DNA of 64,000 nt from Akkermansia sp. (GTDB taxonomy: Bacteria > Verrucomicrobiota > Verrucomicrobiia > Limisphaerales > SIBH01). Location of the stretch: NCBI GenBank assembly GCA_043757045.1, contig JAYVQC010000135.1:11-64010 (forward strand). Direction: 5' to 3'. Under the pieces are notes generated by a model. The model was not told the DNA's origin. It saw nothing but the letters and a program-made list of their open reading frames with translations, and did not search any database. Below are positions 26,740 through 35,214 of the stretch, piece after piece. Position 1 is the first letter of the stretch, and each line of letters opens with the position of its first letter. Both the position numbers and the translations under genes were made by a program.

Positions 26740-27165
26740 TCAGCCGGGTGTGGCAATGAGGCCAGCCAGGTCGGGGGCAAAACTGACGAAGTGACGGTGG
26801 TTCAGAGTGAGGATGCGCGCCGCGCCGGAACGCCGCGCGCACGTCAGGAGCAGCACGTCGTAAATGGCCCCGCCGCGCGCACCAACGCCGGCCGCCGCCG
26901 CCAGAGCGGCCTCGTAATCCGCGCGCGTCAAGGGCAGGAGATGGACCCGGTCATTGAGTGTGGTGGTGATGACCTCGAGGGCTTCCTGCGGAGTGAGTCG
27001 CGACTTGCGCCGCCCGCCCGTCAGCGTCGAGAAGCATTCAGCGATGGAGTGGGTGGAAATCCAAATTTCAATTGCCGCCTCGAACTCGGCATCCGCCTCC
27101 CGGTGAGACACCTCGTCTTCCAGCATCACGGCGATCAGCGCCGAGGTGTCGAAGAAAACTTTCAC
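26740..27165 (-). CDS. vapC: Type II toxin, PIN domain (VapC family)
   Basis: 141 aa, GTG start overlapping the antitoxin stop. 'MKVFFDTSALIAVM' carries the first PIN acidic residue. The conserved acidic positions are 'D...E...D' and the tail is 'LTLNHRHF'. Confidence 0.8.
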   Translation of the reverse strand: MKVFFDTSALIAVMLEDEVSHREADAEFEAAIEIWISTHSIAECFSTLTGGRRKSRLTPQEALEVITTTLNDRVHLLPLTRADYEAALAAAAGVGARGGAIYDVLLLTCARRSGAARILTLNHRHFVSFAPDLAGLIATPG

Positions 27166-27416
27166 AGCCGCGATTCGCGAACTTCGTTGATGGCGGCGAC
27201 GGCATCGAAAGGTTCACCCGTGGCCGCGACCACCAGCCGTCCATTTTTCCATTTGAGACGGGGCGAAGGACTGGGGGGCGGCACCGGAGTCAGTTCGATG
27301 CGGCCACCGGCGACGGCGACATGAAAGGAGGCGGGCGCGGGCAGTTGCAGGGCGTCGCGCACGTCTTGGGGAAGTGCGACCAAACCATTGGCATCCATCG
27401 TTACCGTGTCGGTCAT
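27162..27416 (-). CDS. vapB: Type II antitoxin, AbrB/SpoVT (MazE/VapB-like) fold
   Basis: 84 aa, ATG at 27416. 'MDANGLVALPQDVRDAL' is the swapped-hairpin AbrB-type motif. It has a 4-nt overlap with vapC. Confidence 0.75.
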   Translation of the reverse strand: MTDTVTMDANGLVALPQDVRDALQLPAPASFHVAVAGGRIELTPVPPPSPSPRLKWKNGRLVVAATGEPFDAVAAINEVRESRL

Positions 27417-27464
27417 GTCAGAAGTGTTCCATGTCGGCGGAACCGCGACAAGCCATCGCTCGGC

Positions 27465-28268
27465 TCAAATCGTCTGCGACAGGAATCCACCATCCACGCG
27501 GATGTCCGTGCCGGTGACGAAGCTGCTGGCCTTGGCCGCGAGGAACACCGCCGCGCCGATCAGTTCGTCGCTCGTGCCGAAGCGGCCCATCGGCGTGTGG
27601 CCGAGAATGGATTTCGTCCGTGCGGTCGGCGAGCCGTCGTCGTTGAAAAGCAGCTTGCGGTTTTGTTCCGCCGGGAAGAAGCCGGGCGTGATGGTGTTCA
27701 CGCGCACATTTTTTGGAGCCCATTCGCGGGAGAGAAATTGCGAGAGGCTCAGCACCGCCGCCTTGGCCGACGAGTAGGCGACGACGCGAGAGAGCGGCAG
27801 GTGCGCCGAAACGCTGGCGATGTTGATGATGCTGCCGCGCCCGCGCGCGACCATCGCGGGACCAAATTCCTGGCAGGGCAGCAGCACGCCGCCGACGAGA
27901 TTGAGATCAAAGTTCGCCTGCCAGTCGGCGAGCTGGATGGACTCGAAGGATCGCTCGGCGGTGACGGTGACTTTCGGATCATTGCCGCCGGCGGCGTTGA
28001 CCAGAATGGTCACGGGGCCGAGTTGCTTTTCGATCTCGGTGCGCGCGGCGGCGAGGCTTTCGCGCTGGATGGCGTCGGCGGTGAAGAACGCGGCGTGACC
28101 ACCAGCGTCGCGGATTTTTTTCACCCGCGCGTCGCCTTTGTCGCGGTTGCGCCCGAGCACGGCGACCTTGGCGCCCGCTTGCGCCAAACCTTCGGCGATG
28201 GCTCCGCCCAGTTCGCCCGTGGCCCCGATGACGACAGCCACTTCCCCGGTGAGATCAAATAACTTCAT
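27465..28268 (-). CDS. SDR family oxidoreductase
   Basis: 267 aa. The cofactor site is 'VAVVIGATGELGGAI' (TGxxxGxG). It also has 'NAAG' and a 'YSSAK' catalytic YxxxK. Confidence 0.9.
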   Translation of the reverse strand: MKLFDLTGEVAVVIGATGELGGAIAEGLAQAGAKVAVLGRNRDKGDARVKKIRDAGGHAAFFTADAIQRESLAAARTEIEKQLGPVTILVNAAGGNDPKVTVTAERSFESIQLADWQANFDLNLVGGVLLPCQEFGPAMVARGRGSIINIASVSAHLPLSRVVAYSSAKAAVLSLSQFLSREWAPKNVRVNTITPGFFPAEQNRKLLFNDDGSPTARTKSILGHTPMGRFGTSDELIGAAVFLAAKASSFVTGTDIRVDGGFLSQTI

Positions 28269-28424
28269 GCGTGCGGGAAGACTGCGGAGAAGTGGCGCGG
28301 GTCACAAAGATATTTCTCCGGCGGTCGTAACGCGGACCTTGGAGACATGGGCAGCAAATCAAGGGAATGGTCGGGCGTCGCGCCGAGCGTGAAAAATTCA
28401 AAAGCGTGTCGTCAAGTCTTGGCC

Positions 28425-28452
28425 CGGCGCGCGCGGAGCGACGACGCCCCAC
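28425..28452. repeat. Single arm of REP family G (see 53679-53779)
   Basis: ggcgcgcgcggagcgacgacgccccacc compared with ggcgcgcgcggagcgacgacgccctacc at 53752-53779. Confidence 0.8.
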
Positions 28453-28870
28453 CATTACAGGTTGGGCTGTGTCAGCGACTACGGCCCGGACGGACGGAGC
28501 GCCGGACCATCTTGGAGGCGCAAGACGCGACCGACGTTCGGCGTGAGAGCAGACTCGGAGCGCGTGCGCAGCGTGAGTTTCACACTGGGCGCGTGAGCAA
28601 AACGCACGACCAACTGCCGCGTGGTCTTCAATTCCCCCTGAATCTGGTTTGTTCGGCTGTGCATGGGACTCAGTTAGCAAAGATGGGGCCAGCGCCTTTT
28701 CCCGGCGCGCAGGTTTTCAAGCCGCTGCAATGTGAAATGGAGAAGGGCGTTGGCGATCCTTCGCACCCTCGACTTGCGGACGTTGCTGCGTGCTGAAAGC
28801 CCGCGCGCCGGTGCCTCGCCCGCCTTTTCACTTTGCTTTTGCCACCGACGTGGGCAATTTGCGCGCAACG

Positions 28871-29548
28871 ATGACGCCAGAAGAAGTTCCGTCCCCCTCC
28901 GGTCCTGCCGGAAGCTCCCCGCGCCCCCGCTCCCGTTCCCGCCGTGGCGGGCGCGGTCGCAGGCGGCCTACCGCGCCAAGATCTGCCGCTGCGGGCGCTT
29001 CGGCTTCCGCTCAAGAACCAGTTCGTGAAGCCCAAGCTCGCGAAACTGAAGCAGACGTGGCGCGCGCCGAAGCCACCGAAACATTTTCTGCCCGCGAAGA
29101 AACCTTCGCCTCCCACGATACGCCCGAGCACGGGGCGGACGAGCCGCGCCGGTTCGAGAACCGTGAAGATCAGGAAGACGCTGCGGATTCGGAAGGCTAC
29201 GAAACGGAACCGCCTGAGATGCGCGAAGAGCCGCCCGAGGATCGAGCCGAGCCGCCGCCCCGCGATCTGCCGCCACCGCGAGCGCCGCGCCGCGTCATCC
29301 AGCCCGCGTCGCCGGCTGCCGTCACCGAGGCCATCGAGGAAGTGAACCGCGTCATCACCGCGCTCCGCGAGTCGCTCGACACGATGGATGAAATTTTGGA
29401 AACGCTCGAACTCGCCGAAGTGCAGAAGACGGCGGACGAGCGGGAAATCCAATCGCTGCGGAACGCCATGCGCGGCTTCGACCGGCCCAGCACCGGCGAG
29501 CCGCGCCGCGAATCGCGTGGTGATGATCGCCGCCGCGGACGGCGGTAG
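28871..29548 (+). CDS. Highly charged, probably disordered hypothetical protein with C-terminal helical segment
   Basis: ORF 28790..29548, ATG at 28871. It has an Arg-rich N-terminus, an acidic middle and a helical 'VTEAIEEVNRVITALRESLDTMDEILETLELAEVQK'. The competing antisense ORF 28670..29566 is Arg/Gly junk. Confidence 0.45.
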   Translation: MTPEEVPSPSGPAGSSPRPRSRSRRGGRGRRRPTAPRSAAAGASASAQEPVREAQARETEADVARAEATETFSAREETFASHDTPEHGADEPRRFENREDQEDAADSEGYETEPPEMREEPPEDRAEPPPRDLPPPRAPRRVIQPASPAAVTEAIEEVNRVITALRESLDTMDEILETLELAEVQKTADEREIQSLRNAMRGFDRPSTGEPRRESRGDDRRRGRR

Positions 29549-29549
29549 C

Positions 29550-29653
29550 GGAGCGCGGGTTTTCAACCCGCAGCAACGTCTCCATGCACGCAGCTCTCGA
29601 ATTCACCAGCGGCTCTCCCAGGCCGCTTGCTGCGGGTTAAAAACCCGCGCTCC
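29550..29653. repeat. 27-nt inverted repeat pair (REP family H) filling the gap between two CDSs
   Basis: ggagcgcgggttttcaacccgcagcaa (29550-29576) and ttgctgcgggttaaaaacccgcgctcc (29627-29653), with 1 mismatch. A related single arm is at 28704-28730. Confidence 0.85.
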
Positions 29654-29658
29654 AACGC

Positions 29659-30399
29659 ATGATTGAAGTCACCGCACTCACCAAGCTCTACGACCAGTTC
29701 GTGGCGGTGAACGAACTATCCCTCGCCGTGCAGCCCGGCGAAGTGCTTGGACTCGTCGGCCCGAACGGCGCGGGCAAGACCACCACGCTGCGCTGCCTGG
29801 CCGGCATCATTCCCCCGACGCGCGGCACCGTTCGCGTCTGCGGCGCGGACATGACGACGGACCCGGTGGCCGCGAAACGCGAGATCGCCTTCCTCTCCGA
29901 CGAACCGCGCCTGTTCGACTACCTCACCGTCCGACAGCATTTGGAATTCATCGCGCGCATCTACCGCGTTGCGGACGCCGAGCGACTCGGCGCTGAGTTG
30001 CTCGCCGAACTCGAACTCTCCGACAAAATCAATTCTCTCCCCGGCGAACTCTCACGCGGGATGAAGCAGAAACTCGTCATCGCCTGCGGCCTGCTCCATT
30101 CGCCGCGCGTCATCTTCTTCGATGAACCGCTGACCGGACTGGACCCGCTCGGCATCCGGCGGATGAAAGACTCCATCGTCAAACGCGGTCGTGCCGGCGC
30201 GGCCATCATCATCAGCTCGCACCTGTTGCATCTGGTGGAAGAAATCTGCACGCACCTGCTCATTCTAAAAGGCGGACGCCGCGTGGCCGGCGGCACGCTG
30301 GCGGAAGTGCGCGCGCAGTTCGGCGAACTGGGTGACAGCGCGCGGCTCGAAGACATTTTCCTCCGCGCCACCGAGGAGCCACCGAGGCTGACGTCATGA
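29659..30399 (+). CDS. ABC transporter ATP-binding protein
   Basis: 246 aa. Walker A 'GPNGAGKTT', signature 'LSRGMKQK', Walker B 'VIFFDEP', H-loop 'SSHLL'. Confidence 0.9.
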   Translation: MIEVTALTKLYDQFVAVNELSLAVQPGEVLGLVGPNGAGKTTTLRCLAGIIPPTRGTVRVCGADMTTDPVAAKREIAFLSDEPRLFDYLTVRQHLEFIARIYRVADAERLGAELLAELELSDKINSLPGELSRGMKQKLVIACGLLHSPRVIFFDEPLTGLDPLGIRRMKDSIVKRGRAGAAIIISSHLLHLVEEICTHLLILKGGRRVAGGTLAEVRAQFGELGDSARLEDIFLRATEEPPRLTS

Positions 30400-30420
30400 C
30401 TGGAGTTTTTCATGAAGTGG

Positions 30421-30714
30421 GACAGTCGCCCCCGGCTGTCTTAGCCCGAACTCCGAAGTGGCGGCGGCGCAGCCGACGGGGTAGCACAGGCAACCTGCCT
30501 GTGCCGCACGGCTACCAGCCGCGCGGAACGGAGAAGGATGTGGAAAAGTTTCGGGCGCTCAGTTCCAAACTAAGCTCCCTCCCATTCCGCCCGGCTGGTA
30601 GCCCGTTCCACCCGTTCCGATTTCGGAATTCGGGCTTAGTCGTACCAGCGCCACCGCTTGCCGTTCGACAGGCGGGGGCGCCTGTCAGACTAATGACCGG
30701 CAAGGGCGCCGGTC
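30421..30714. repeat. Intergenic mosaic of REP-like hairpins (families C and D)
   Basis: gacagtcgCCCCcggctgtc (30421-30440), gcacaggcAACCTgcctgtgc (30484-30504), gacaggcgGGGGcgcctgtc (30667-30686), gaccggcaAGGGcgccggtc (30695-30714). It separates the ABC ATPase gene from its presumed permease gene. Confidence 0.85.
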
Positions 30715-30732
30715 CCACTTGGAGTTGCCGTC

Positions 30733-32469
30733 ATGATTGACGCCTTCACCTTTCTCATCACGCGCTCGTTCGTGAACCGGATGAAGGCGCGGCTCCGGCG
30801 GCTCAAGCAGCCGAAGTATTTGATCGGTGCGGTCTTCGGCCTGCTCTACATCTCGTGGTATTTCTTCCAGGCCATTTTCTTCGGCGGACGGCGCGGGGCG
30901 AACCAGGCCGTGATGGATCAATCCATTCTCCCAATCCTTGGCGTGCTGGTGCTGTTCGTCATCCTGGCCAGCGCGTGGATTTTTCCGCACGCGCGCGCGG
31001 CCCTCGCCTTCACCGAGGCGGAAGTGGCGTTTCTGTTTCCCGCGCCGGTGAGCCGCCGGGCGCTCATCCACTTCAAACTGCTGCGCTCGCAACTCGCCAT
31101 CCTCTTCACCGTCTTCCTGCTCACGCTGTTCACGGGCCGCTGGCTGATGGGCGGACATCCGTGGATTCGGATGCTGGGCTGGTGGGTGATTCTCTCGACG
31201 CTCGGCCTGCATTTTCTCGGTGCGTCGTTCGCGCGCACGCTGCTGCTGGAGCGCGGCATCTCCAACTGGTCACGCCGCCTCGTGGTCTTGCTGCTGCTGG
31301 CCGCGCTGGTGGGCGGCACCATGTTCTGGGCGCAAAACAGTTTGTCCCGGCCCGCGTTCGACAACGCCATGGACTGGAAGGCGTGGCTCGACTACGCGCG
31401 CGGCCTGCTCGCCACGCCGCCGCTTTCGTATTTGCTCTGGCCGTTGCGCCTGGTGATCGCGCCGTACCTTGCGACTACGCCGTGGGATTTTCTGAAAGCC
31501 ATGCCGGCGGCGCTGGGCGTGCTCGCGCTGCATTACTTCTGGGTCATTCGCTCGAACGTCGCGTTCGAGGAAGCCTCGCTCGCCCTCTCGCGCCGCGTGG
31601 CCGAGCGCGTGGCGGCGGCGCGGCAGGGCCAGGCGCTGGGCGAGAAACCCGTGAAGGGCCGGCCCGCGCCGTTCCGCCTGACGCCGCTGGGCTTTCCGCC
31701 CGTGGCGTTTTTGTGGAAGAACTTGATTCATTTCATGGGTGCGCTCCGGCTGCGCACGCTTGTGCTGGTGTTACTGCCGTTCATCGTGATGGCGATCTTC
31801 GTAGCTCAATCGGAAGTGCGACGCGGCGGCATGTTCACGGGCGTCGCGGCCATGATGCTGGCGATGTTCTTCCTGTGGTCGCTGCTGCTTGGTCCGCAAC
31901 TGATCCGCTGCGATTTTCGCCACGACCTCGCGGCGATGGATGTGCTGAAGCTGTTCCCGCTGCGCGGCTGGCAGGTCGTAATCGGTGAAATGCTCGCGCC
32001 GCTGGTCATCCTCACTGCACTGCAATGGATCATGCTGGCCAGCCTCGGCGTGCTGTTGAACGTCACGGGCCTGCCGCCCGGCGTGCCAAAAATTCCGGCG
32101 ACGTGGTTCCTGACGGCCGCGCTGCTCGCGCCGTTTTGGAACGGACTCGCGCTGCTCATTCCCAACGCCGCCGTGTTGCTGCTGCCCGGCTGGTTTCAAG
32201 CGCGCACCGACACGCCGCAAGGGATCGAGGTCACGGGCCAGCGGCTGCTGCTGTTCTTCGCGCAGGTGATTTTGATCGGCGTGACGGTGGTGCCGGCAGG
32301 GCTGGCCTTCGCGCTCGGGTTCATGCCGTTGTATTTCGCCGGCGCGTTGACTCTCGCGCCGCTGGCCGGGGCGGCGCTCGCAGCGATTACTTTGGCGGTG
32401 GAAATTTTCTGCGGCGTGTGGGCGGTGGGGAAATTGTTCGACCGCTTTGACCTGGCGGCGGAGCAGTAG
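30733..32469 (+). CDS. Polytopic membrane protein, putative ABC exporter permease component
   Basis: 578 aa, ATG at 30733, at least 10 hydrophobic segments. It lies downstream of the ABC ATPase. The family assignment (putative ABC exporter) rests on architecture and context only. Confidence 0.7.
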   Translation: MIDAFTFLITRSFVNRMKARLRRLKQPKYLIGAVFGLLYISWYFFQAIFFGGRRGANQAVMDQSILPILGVLVLFVILASAWIFPHARAALAFTEAEVAFLFPAPVSRRALIHFKLLRSQLAILFTVFLLTLFTGRWLMGGHPWIRMLGWWVILSTLGLHFLGASFARTLLLERGISNWSRRLVVLLLLAALVGGTMFWAQNSLSRPAFDNAMDWKAWLDYARGLLATPPLSYLLWPLRLVIAPYLATTPWDFLKAMPAALGVLALHYFWVIRSNVAFEEASLALSRRVAERVAAARQGQALGEKPVKGRPAPFRLTPLGFPPVAFLWKNLIHFMGALRLRTLVLVLLPFIVMAIFVAQSEVRRGGMFTGVAAMMLAMFFLWSLLLGPQLIRCDFRHDLAAMDVLKLFPLRGWQVVIGEMLAPLVILTALQWIMLASLGVLLNVTGLPPGVPKIPATWFLTAALLAPFWNGLALLIPNAAVLLLPGWFQARTDTPQGIEVTGQRLLLFFAQVILIGVTVVPAGLAFALGFMPLYFAGALTLAPLAGAALAAITLAVEIFCGVWAVGKLFDRFDLAAEQ

Positions 32470-32480
32470 CCGGTGGGGCG

Positions 32481-32553
32481 GTAATCAGTAATCAGTAATC
32501 AGTGAACCGGTGCGCGCTTCCCGACTGATTACTGTTCACTGATTACTGCTTAC
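32481..32553. terminator. Imperfect hairpin built from tandem TAATCAG heptamers between convergent genes (candidate bidirectional terminator)
   Basis: gtaatcagtaatcagtaatcagtgaac (32481-32507) and gactgattactgttcactgattactgcttac (32523-32553). It lies between the stop at 32469 (+) and the stop at 32561 (-). Confidence 0.4.
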
Positions 32554-32560
32554 TTTCCGC

Positions 32561-33649
32561 TCACGTCTCCTCGAGCAACGGTAGGAACACATGAAAGGTC
32601 GTCCCCGCACCCGCCTGGCTCTCCACCGTGATCGCCCCGTTGTGCTCGTGGATGATGCGGCGCGTGATGGCGAGGCCGAGGCCGGTGCCTTCGTGCTTGG
32701 TGGTGAAGAAGGGGCTGAAGAGCCGCGCCAGACTTTCCGCGCTGATGCCGCTGCCGGTGTCGGCGAAGGAGACGCGCAAGTGACGGCGCTCCCAGTGCGT
32801 CACCACCTCGGTCGTCACGGTCAGCTTCGCGTCGCCGCTCGCCGTGTGCATGGCTTCGATGGCGTTGATCAACAGATTGAAAACGACGTGACGGAGCTGG
32901 CGGTCGTCGCCGTTGATGCGGTCGGCGGTGGCGGTGAGTTTTGCGTCAAGCTTCACGGAGCGGGCTTGGAACTCGTGGCGCAACAAGTTCAGCGCGTCGC
33001 GCAACAGTCCGTGGAAATTGAGCGGTTCCAGTTTGAACTCCTCGCGCGTCACGCCGCGCAACATCTGGCGCACCACGGCGTCCATGCGGCGAATTTCCTG
33101 CGCGACGAGATCGTGCATCTCGGGATCGGCGCGCTGCTCAGGCGGCATTTCCACAAAGGTGCGGATGGGCACGAGCGCGTTCTTGATTTCATGCACCACG
33201 CTCGCGCCGAGGACGCCGAGGCTGGCCAGGCGGTCGAGGTGTTCGAGATTGGTCGCCATGCTGCGGGCCTGGCCGACGTTTTGAAATTCGGCCAGCACGG
33301 AAAGAATGCCACCCTCCGCAGTGCGGGAGAGTGTGGTGCTGACTTGCAGCATCGTATCCGCGCCGGTGCCGGCGGCGAGCAGCACGTCCCGGCGCGCGAC
33401 AGCGCGACCGGTGACGAAGGTCTCATCAATCACCGCCTGAAGCGGCGGCGGCAGCGCGTCCACGGGCTGGTTAAGCAAATCGGCGGCGCGCAGTCCGGTG
33501 AGGCGCTCGGCGTGGTCGTTGAAGGCGATGATGTGCCGGGCCGGATTGAGGGCGATGATACCGTGGGCGATAGAGTCGAGAAGTGCGCCAGCGAAATTGA
33601 GATGTTCGCCTTCAAGCTGTCCCGCTGCCTGGGTCGCTTTCGCCTGCAT
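32561..33649 (-). CDS. Soluble PAS-domain sensor histidine kinase
   Basis: ORF 32561..33709 (GTG). ATG at 33649 is preferred. PAS region 'LLDSIAHGIIALNPARHIIAFNDHAERLTG', H-box 'GASVVHEIKNAL', N-box 'NLLINAIEA', G-boxes 'DTGSGI' and 'GTGLGL'. Confidence 0.85.
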   Translation of the reverse strand: MQAKATQAAGQLEGEHLNFAGALLDSIAHGIIALNPARHIIAFNDHAERLTGLRAADLLNQPVDALPPPLQAVIDETFVTGRAVARRDVLLAAGTGADTMLQVSTTLSRTAEGGILSVLAEFQNVGQARSMATNLEHLDRLASLGVLGASVVHEIKNALVPIRTFVEMPPEQRADPEMHDLVAQEIRRMDAVVRQMLRGVTREEFKLEPLNFHGLLRDALNLLRHEFQARSVKLDAKLTATADRINGDDRQLRHVVFNLLINAIEAMHTASGDAKLTVTTEVVTHWERRHLRVSFADTGSGISAESLARLFSPFFTTKHEGTGLGLAITRRIIHEHNGAITVESQAGAGTTFHVFLPLLEET

Positions 33650-33816
33650 TAACAATTCACGCGCATTCCGCCGAAGGTATAGGGGCCGACTTCGGCGTGA
33701 CGAAACCACGGGACTGCATTGTCTCAGGGAATCGTTTTACGCACCCCGGAGAAATAGTTCTCCCGAAGGGCAGCGACAATGAAAATGTGCGCGGCGGCGG
33801 CTAGTTGTTTGGCTAG

Positions 33817-35214
33817 ATGAAACATTTGCAAGACAGCGCGGTGGAAGCCGTGACGATGGCGGGCGAGCGGATCGAAGGCCGGCTCGTTCGGCTTGGCCGT
33901 TTCGACGCCGTGTGGACGACGTCGAGCTGCTTCGATCAACTGCGGACGTCCCAGACGCTCGCGACGCTGAAGATCACGTCCGACCAGCGACCGCTCTACG
34001 AAGGCCGCGCGACCGTGCGGAAACTCGTGGACACGGACGCGGGCCTGCTTTGCGAAGTCGCGCTCGACGAGAGCGGCGTGAATCTCGAGACGCTGCCCGG
34101 CCTGGAGCACGAGAGCTTCGAGGAATTTCGCCGCCAATGGCTCGCCACTTATCGCATCAGCCCGGAGTTCAAGGCGGTCATCGCCGACGTTTCCATCCTG
34201 CTCGACAACGTGCGCGCGTGGATGAACCAGGTTTCGATTGGCATCCAGGCGCAGGAGCCGAAGCGCGCGGCGGAGCGGGAGCGGGAATTTCTGGAGCGCG
34301 TGAACGCCAAGGTCATCGCGTCCTTCAACTCGCAGCACGAACGCTTCGAGGAACTGGCTTACGCGGTCAGTCCTGAACTGGTCGGCGCACACCAGCAGCA
34401 CGCATGGCGTGCGTGGAATTCTTTTTTTCTCTCCACGCCGTTTGGTCATCGCACGTTTCACAAGCCGCTGGGCTACGCGGGCGATTACGAGATGATGGCG
34501 ATGATTCACCGCAACGCGCCGGAGGGGAACACGCTCTTCAACAAGGCCATGCACCTCCTGCTGGTCAGCCAGTGGCCCGCCGAGTCGGTGCGGAACCGCA
34601 TCGTGCATCTGGGCGACCGGCTGGTCAATGAGGTCGCGCGCGCCGCGCGGGCTGGACGCCGCGCGCGCATTTTGAATCTCGGCTGCGGCCCGGCGCGCGA
34701 AGTGCAGGACTTCATGCGCCACAGCGCGCTGAGCGACCACGCGGATTTTGTGCTGCTGGATTTCAACGAGGACACCATCCAGGCCACGGGGAAAAACTTG
34801 CAGGAATTGAAGCGCAGCCTGGGACGCCGCACCGGCCTTGAGATGCGCCAGCAGTCCGTGCATCAGATCTTGCGCTCGGCCGTGGGGCGCGAGCGCAAGC
34901 CGGCGGCGGACACGGAACGCTGCGACCTCGTGTATTGCGCCGGGCTGTTCGACTACCTCGCAGCCGGCACCTGCAAGGCCCTGGTGAAACTGTTCCATCA
35001 CTGGCTCGCGCCGGGCGGGCTGGCCGTGGTCGCGAACATGCACGACGCGAAACCGTTTCGGAACTTCATCGAGTACGTGCTCGACTGGCATCTCATCTAC
35101 CGCAACACCGGCGGCATGTGGGCGATGTGCCCGGAGGAAGTGCTGGCGCAAGCCGCCGTGATCGCGGAGCCGACGACGGTGAACTTGTTTCTCGAAGTGA
35201 GGAAACCTGAATGA
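33817..35214 (+). CDS. Class I SAM-dependent methyltransferase with ~200-aa N-terminal extension (PhcB-like architecture)
   Basis: 465 aa. SAM motif I 'ILNLGCGPAREV', post-I 'LLDFNEDT', 'LVYCAGLFDYL', 'LAPGGLAVVAN'. The stop overlaps the next start (ATGA at 35211-35214). Confidence 0.8.
   Translation: MKHLQDSAVEAVTMAGERIEGRLVRLGRFDAVWTTSSCFDQLRTSQTLATLKITSDQRPLYEGRATVRKLVDTDAGLLCEVALDESGVNLETLPGLEHESFEEFRRQWLATYRISPEFKAVIADVSILLDNVRAWMNQVSIGIQAQEPKRAAEREREFLERVNAKVIASFNSQHERFEELAYAVSPELVGAHQQHAWRAWNSFFLSTPFGHRTFHKPLGYAGDYEMMAMIHRNAPEGNTLFNKAMHLLLVSQWPAESVRNRIVHLGDRLVNEVARAARAGRRARILNLGCGPAREVQDFMRHSALSDHADFVLLDFNEDTIQATGKNLQELKRSLGRRTGLEMRQQSVHQILRSAVGRERKPAADTERCDLVYCAGLFDYLAAGTCKALVKLFHHWLAPGGLAVVANMHDAKPFRNFIEYVLDWHLIYRNTGGMWAMCPEEVLAQAAVIAEPTTVNLFLEVRKPE

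Noticed and set aside
28479..28664. 61-aa minus-strand ORF in the 600-nt gap
   Set aside because: It is somewhat protein-like, but no family is recognised, no clear RBS is present and it partly overlaps repeat-derived sequence. Evidence is insufficient to call a CDS.
33724..35151. 475-aa minus-strand ORF
   Set aside because: It is antisense to the SAM methyltransferase gene and has no motifs. The plus frame has SAM-binding motifs and is translationally coupled to the downstream kinase.
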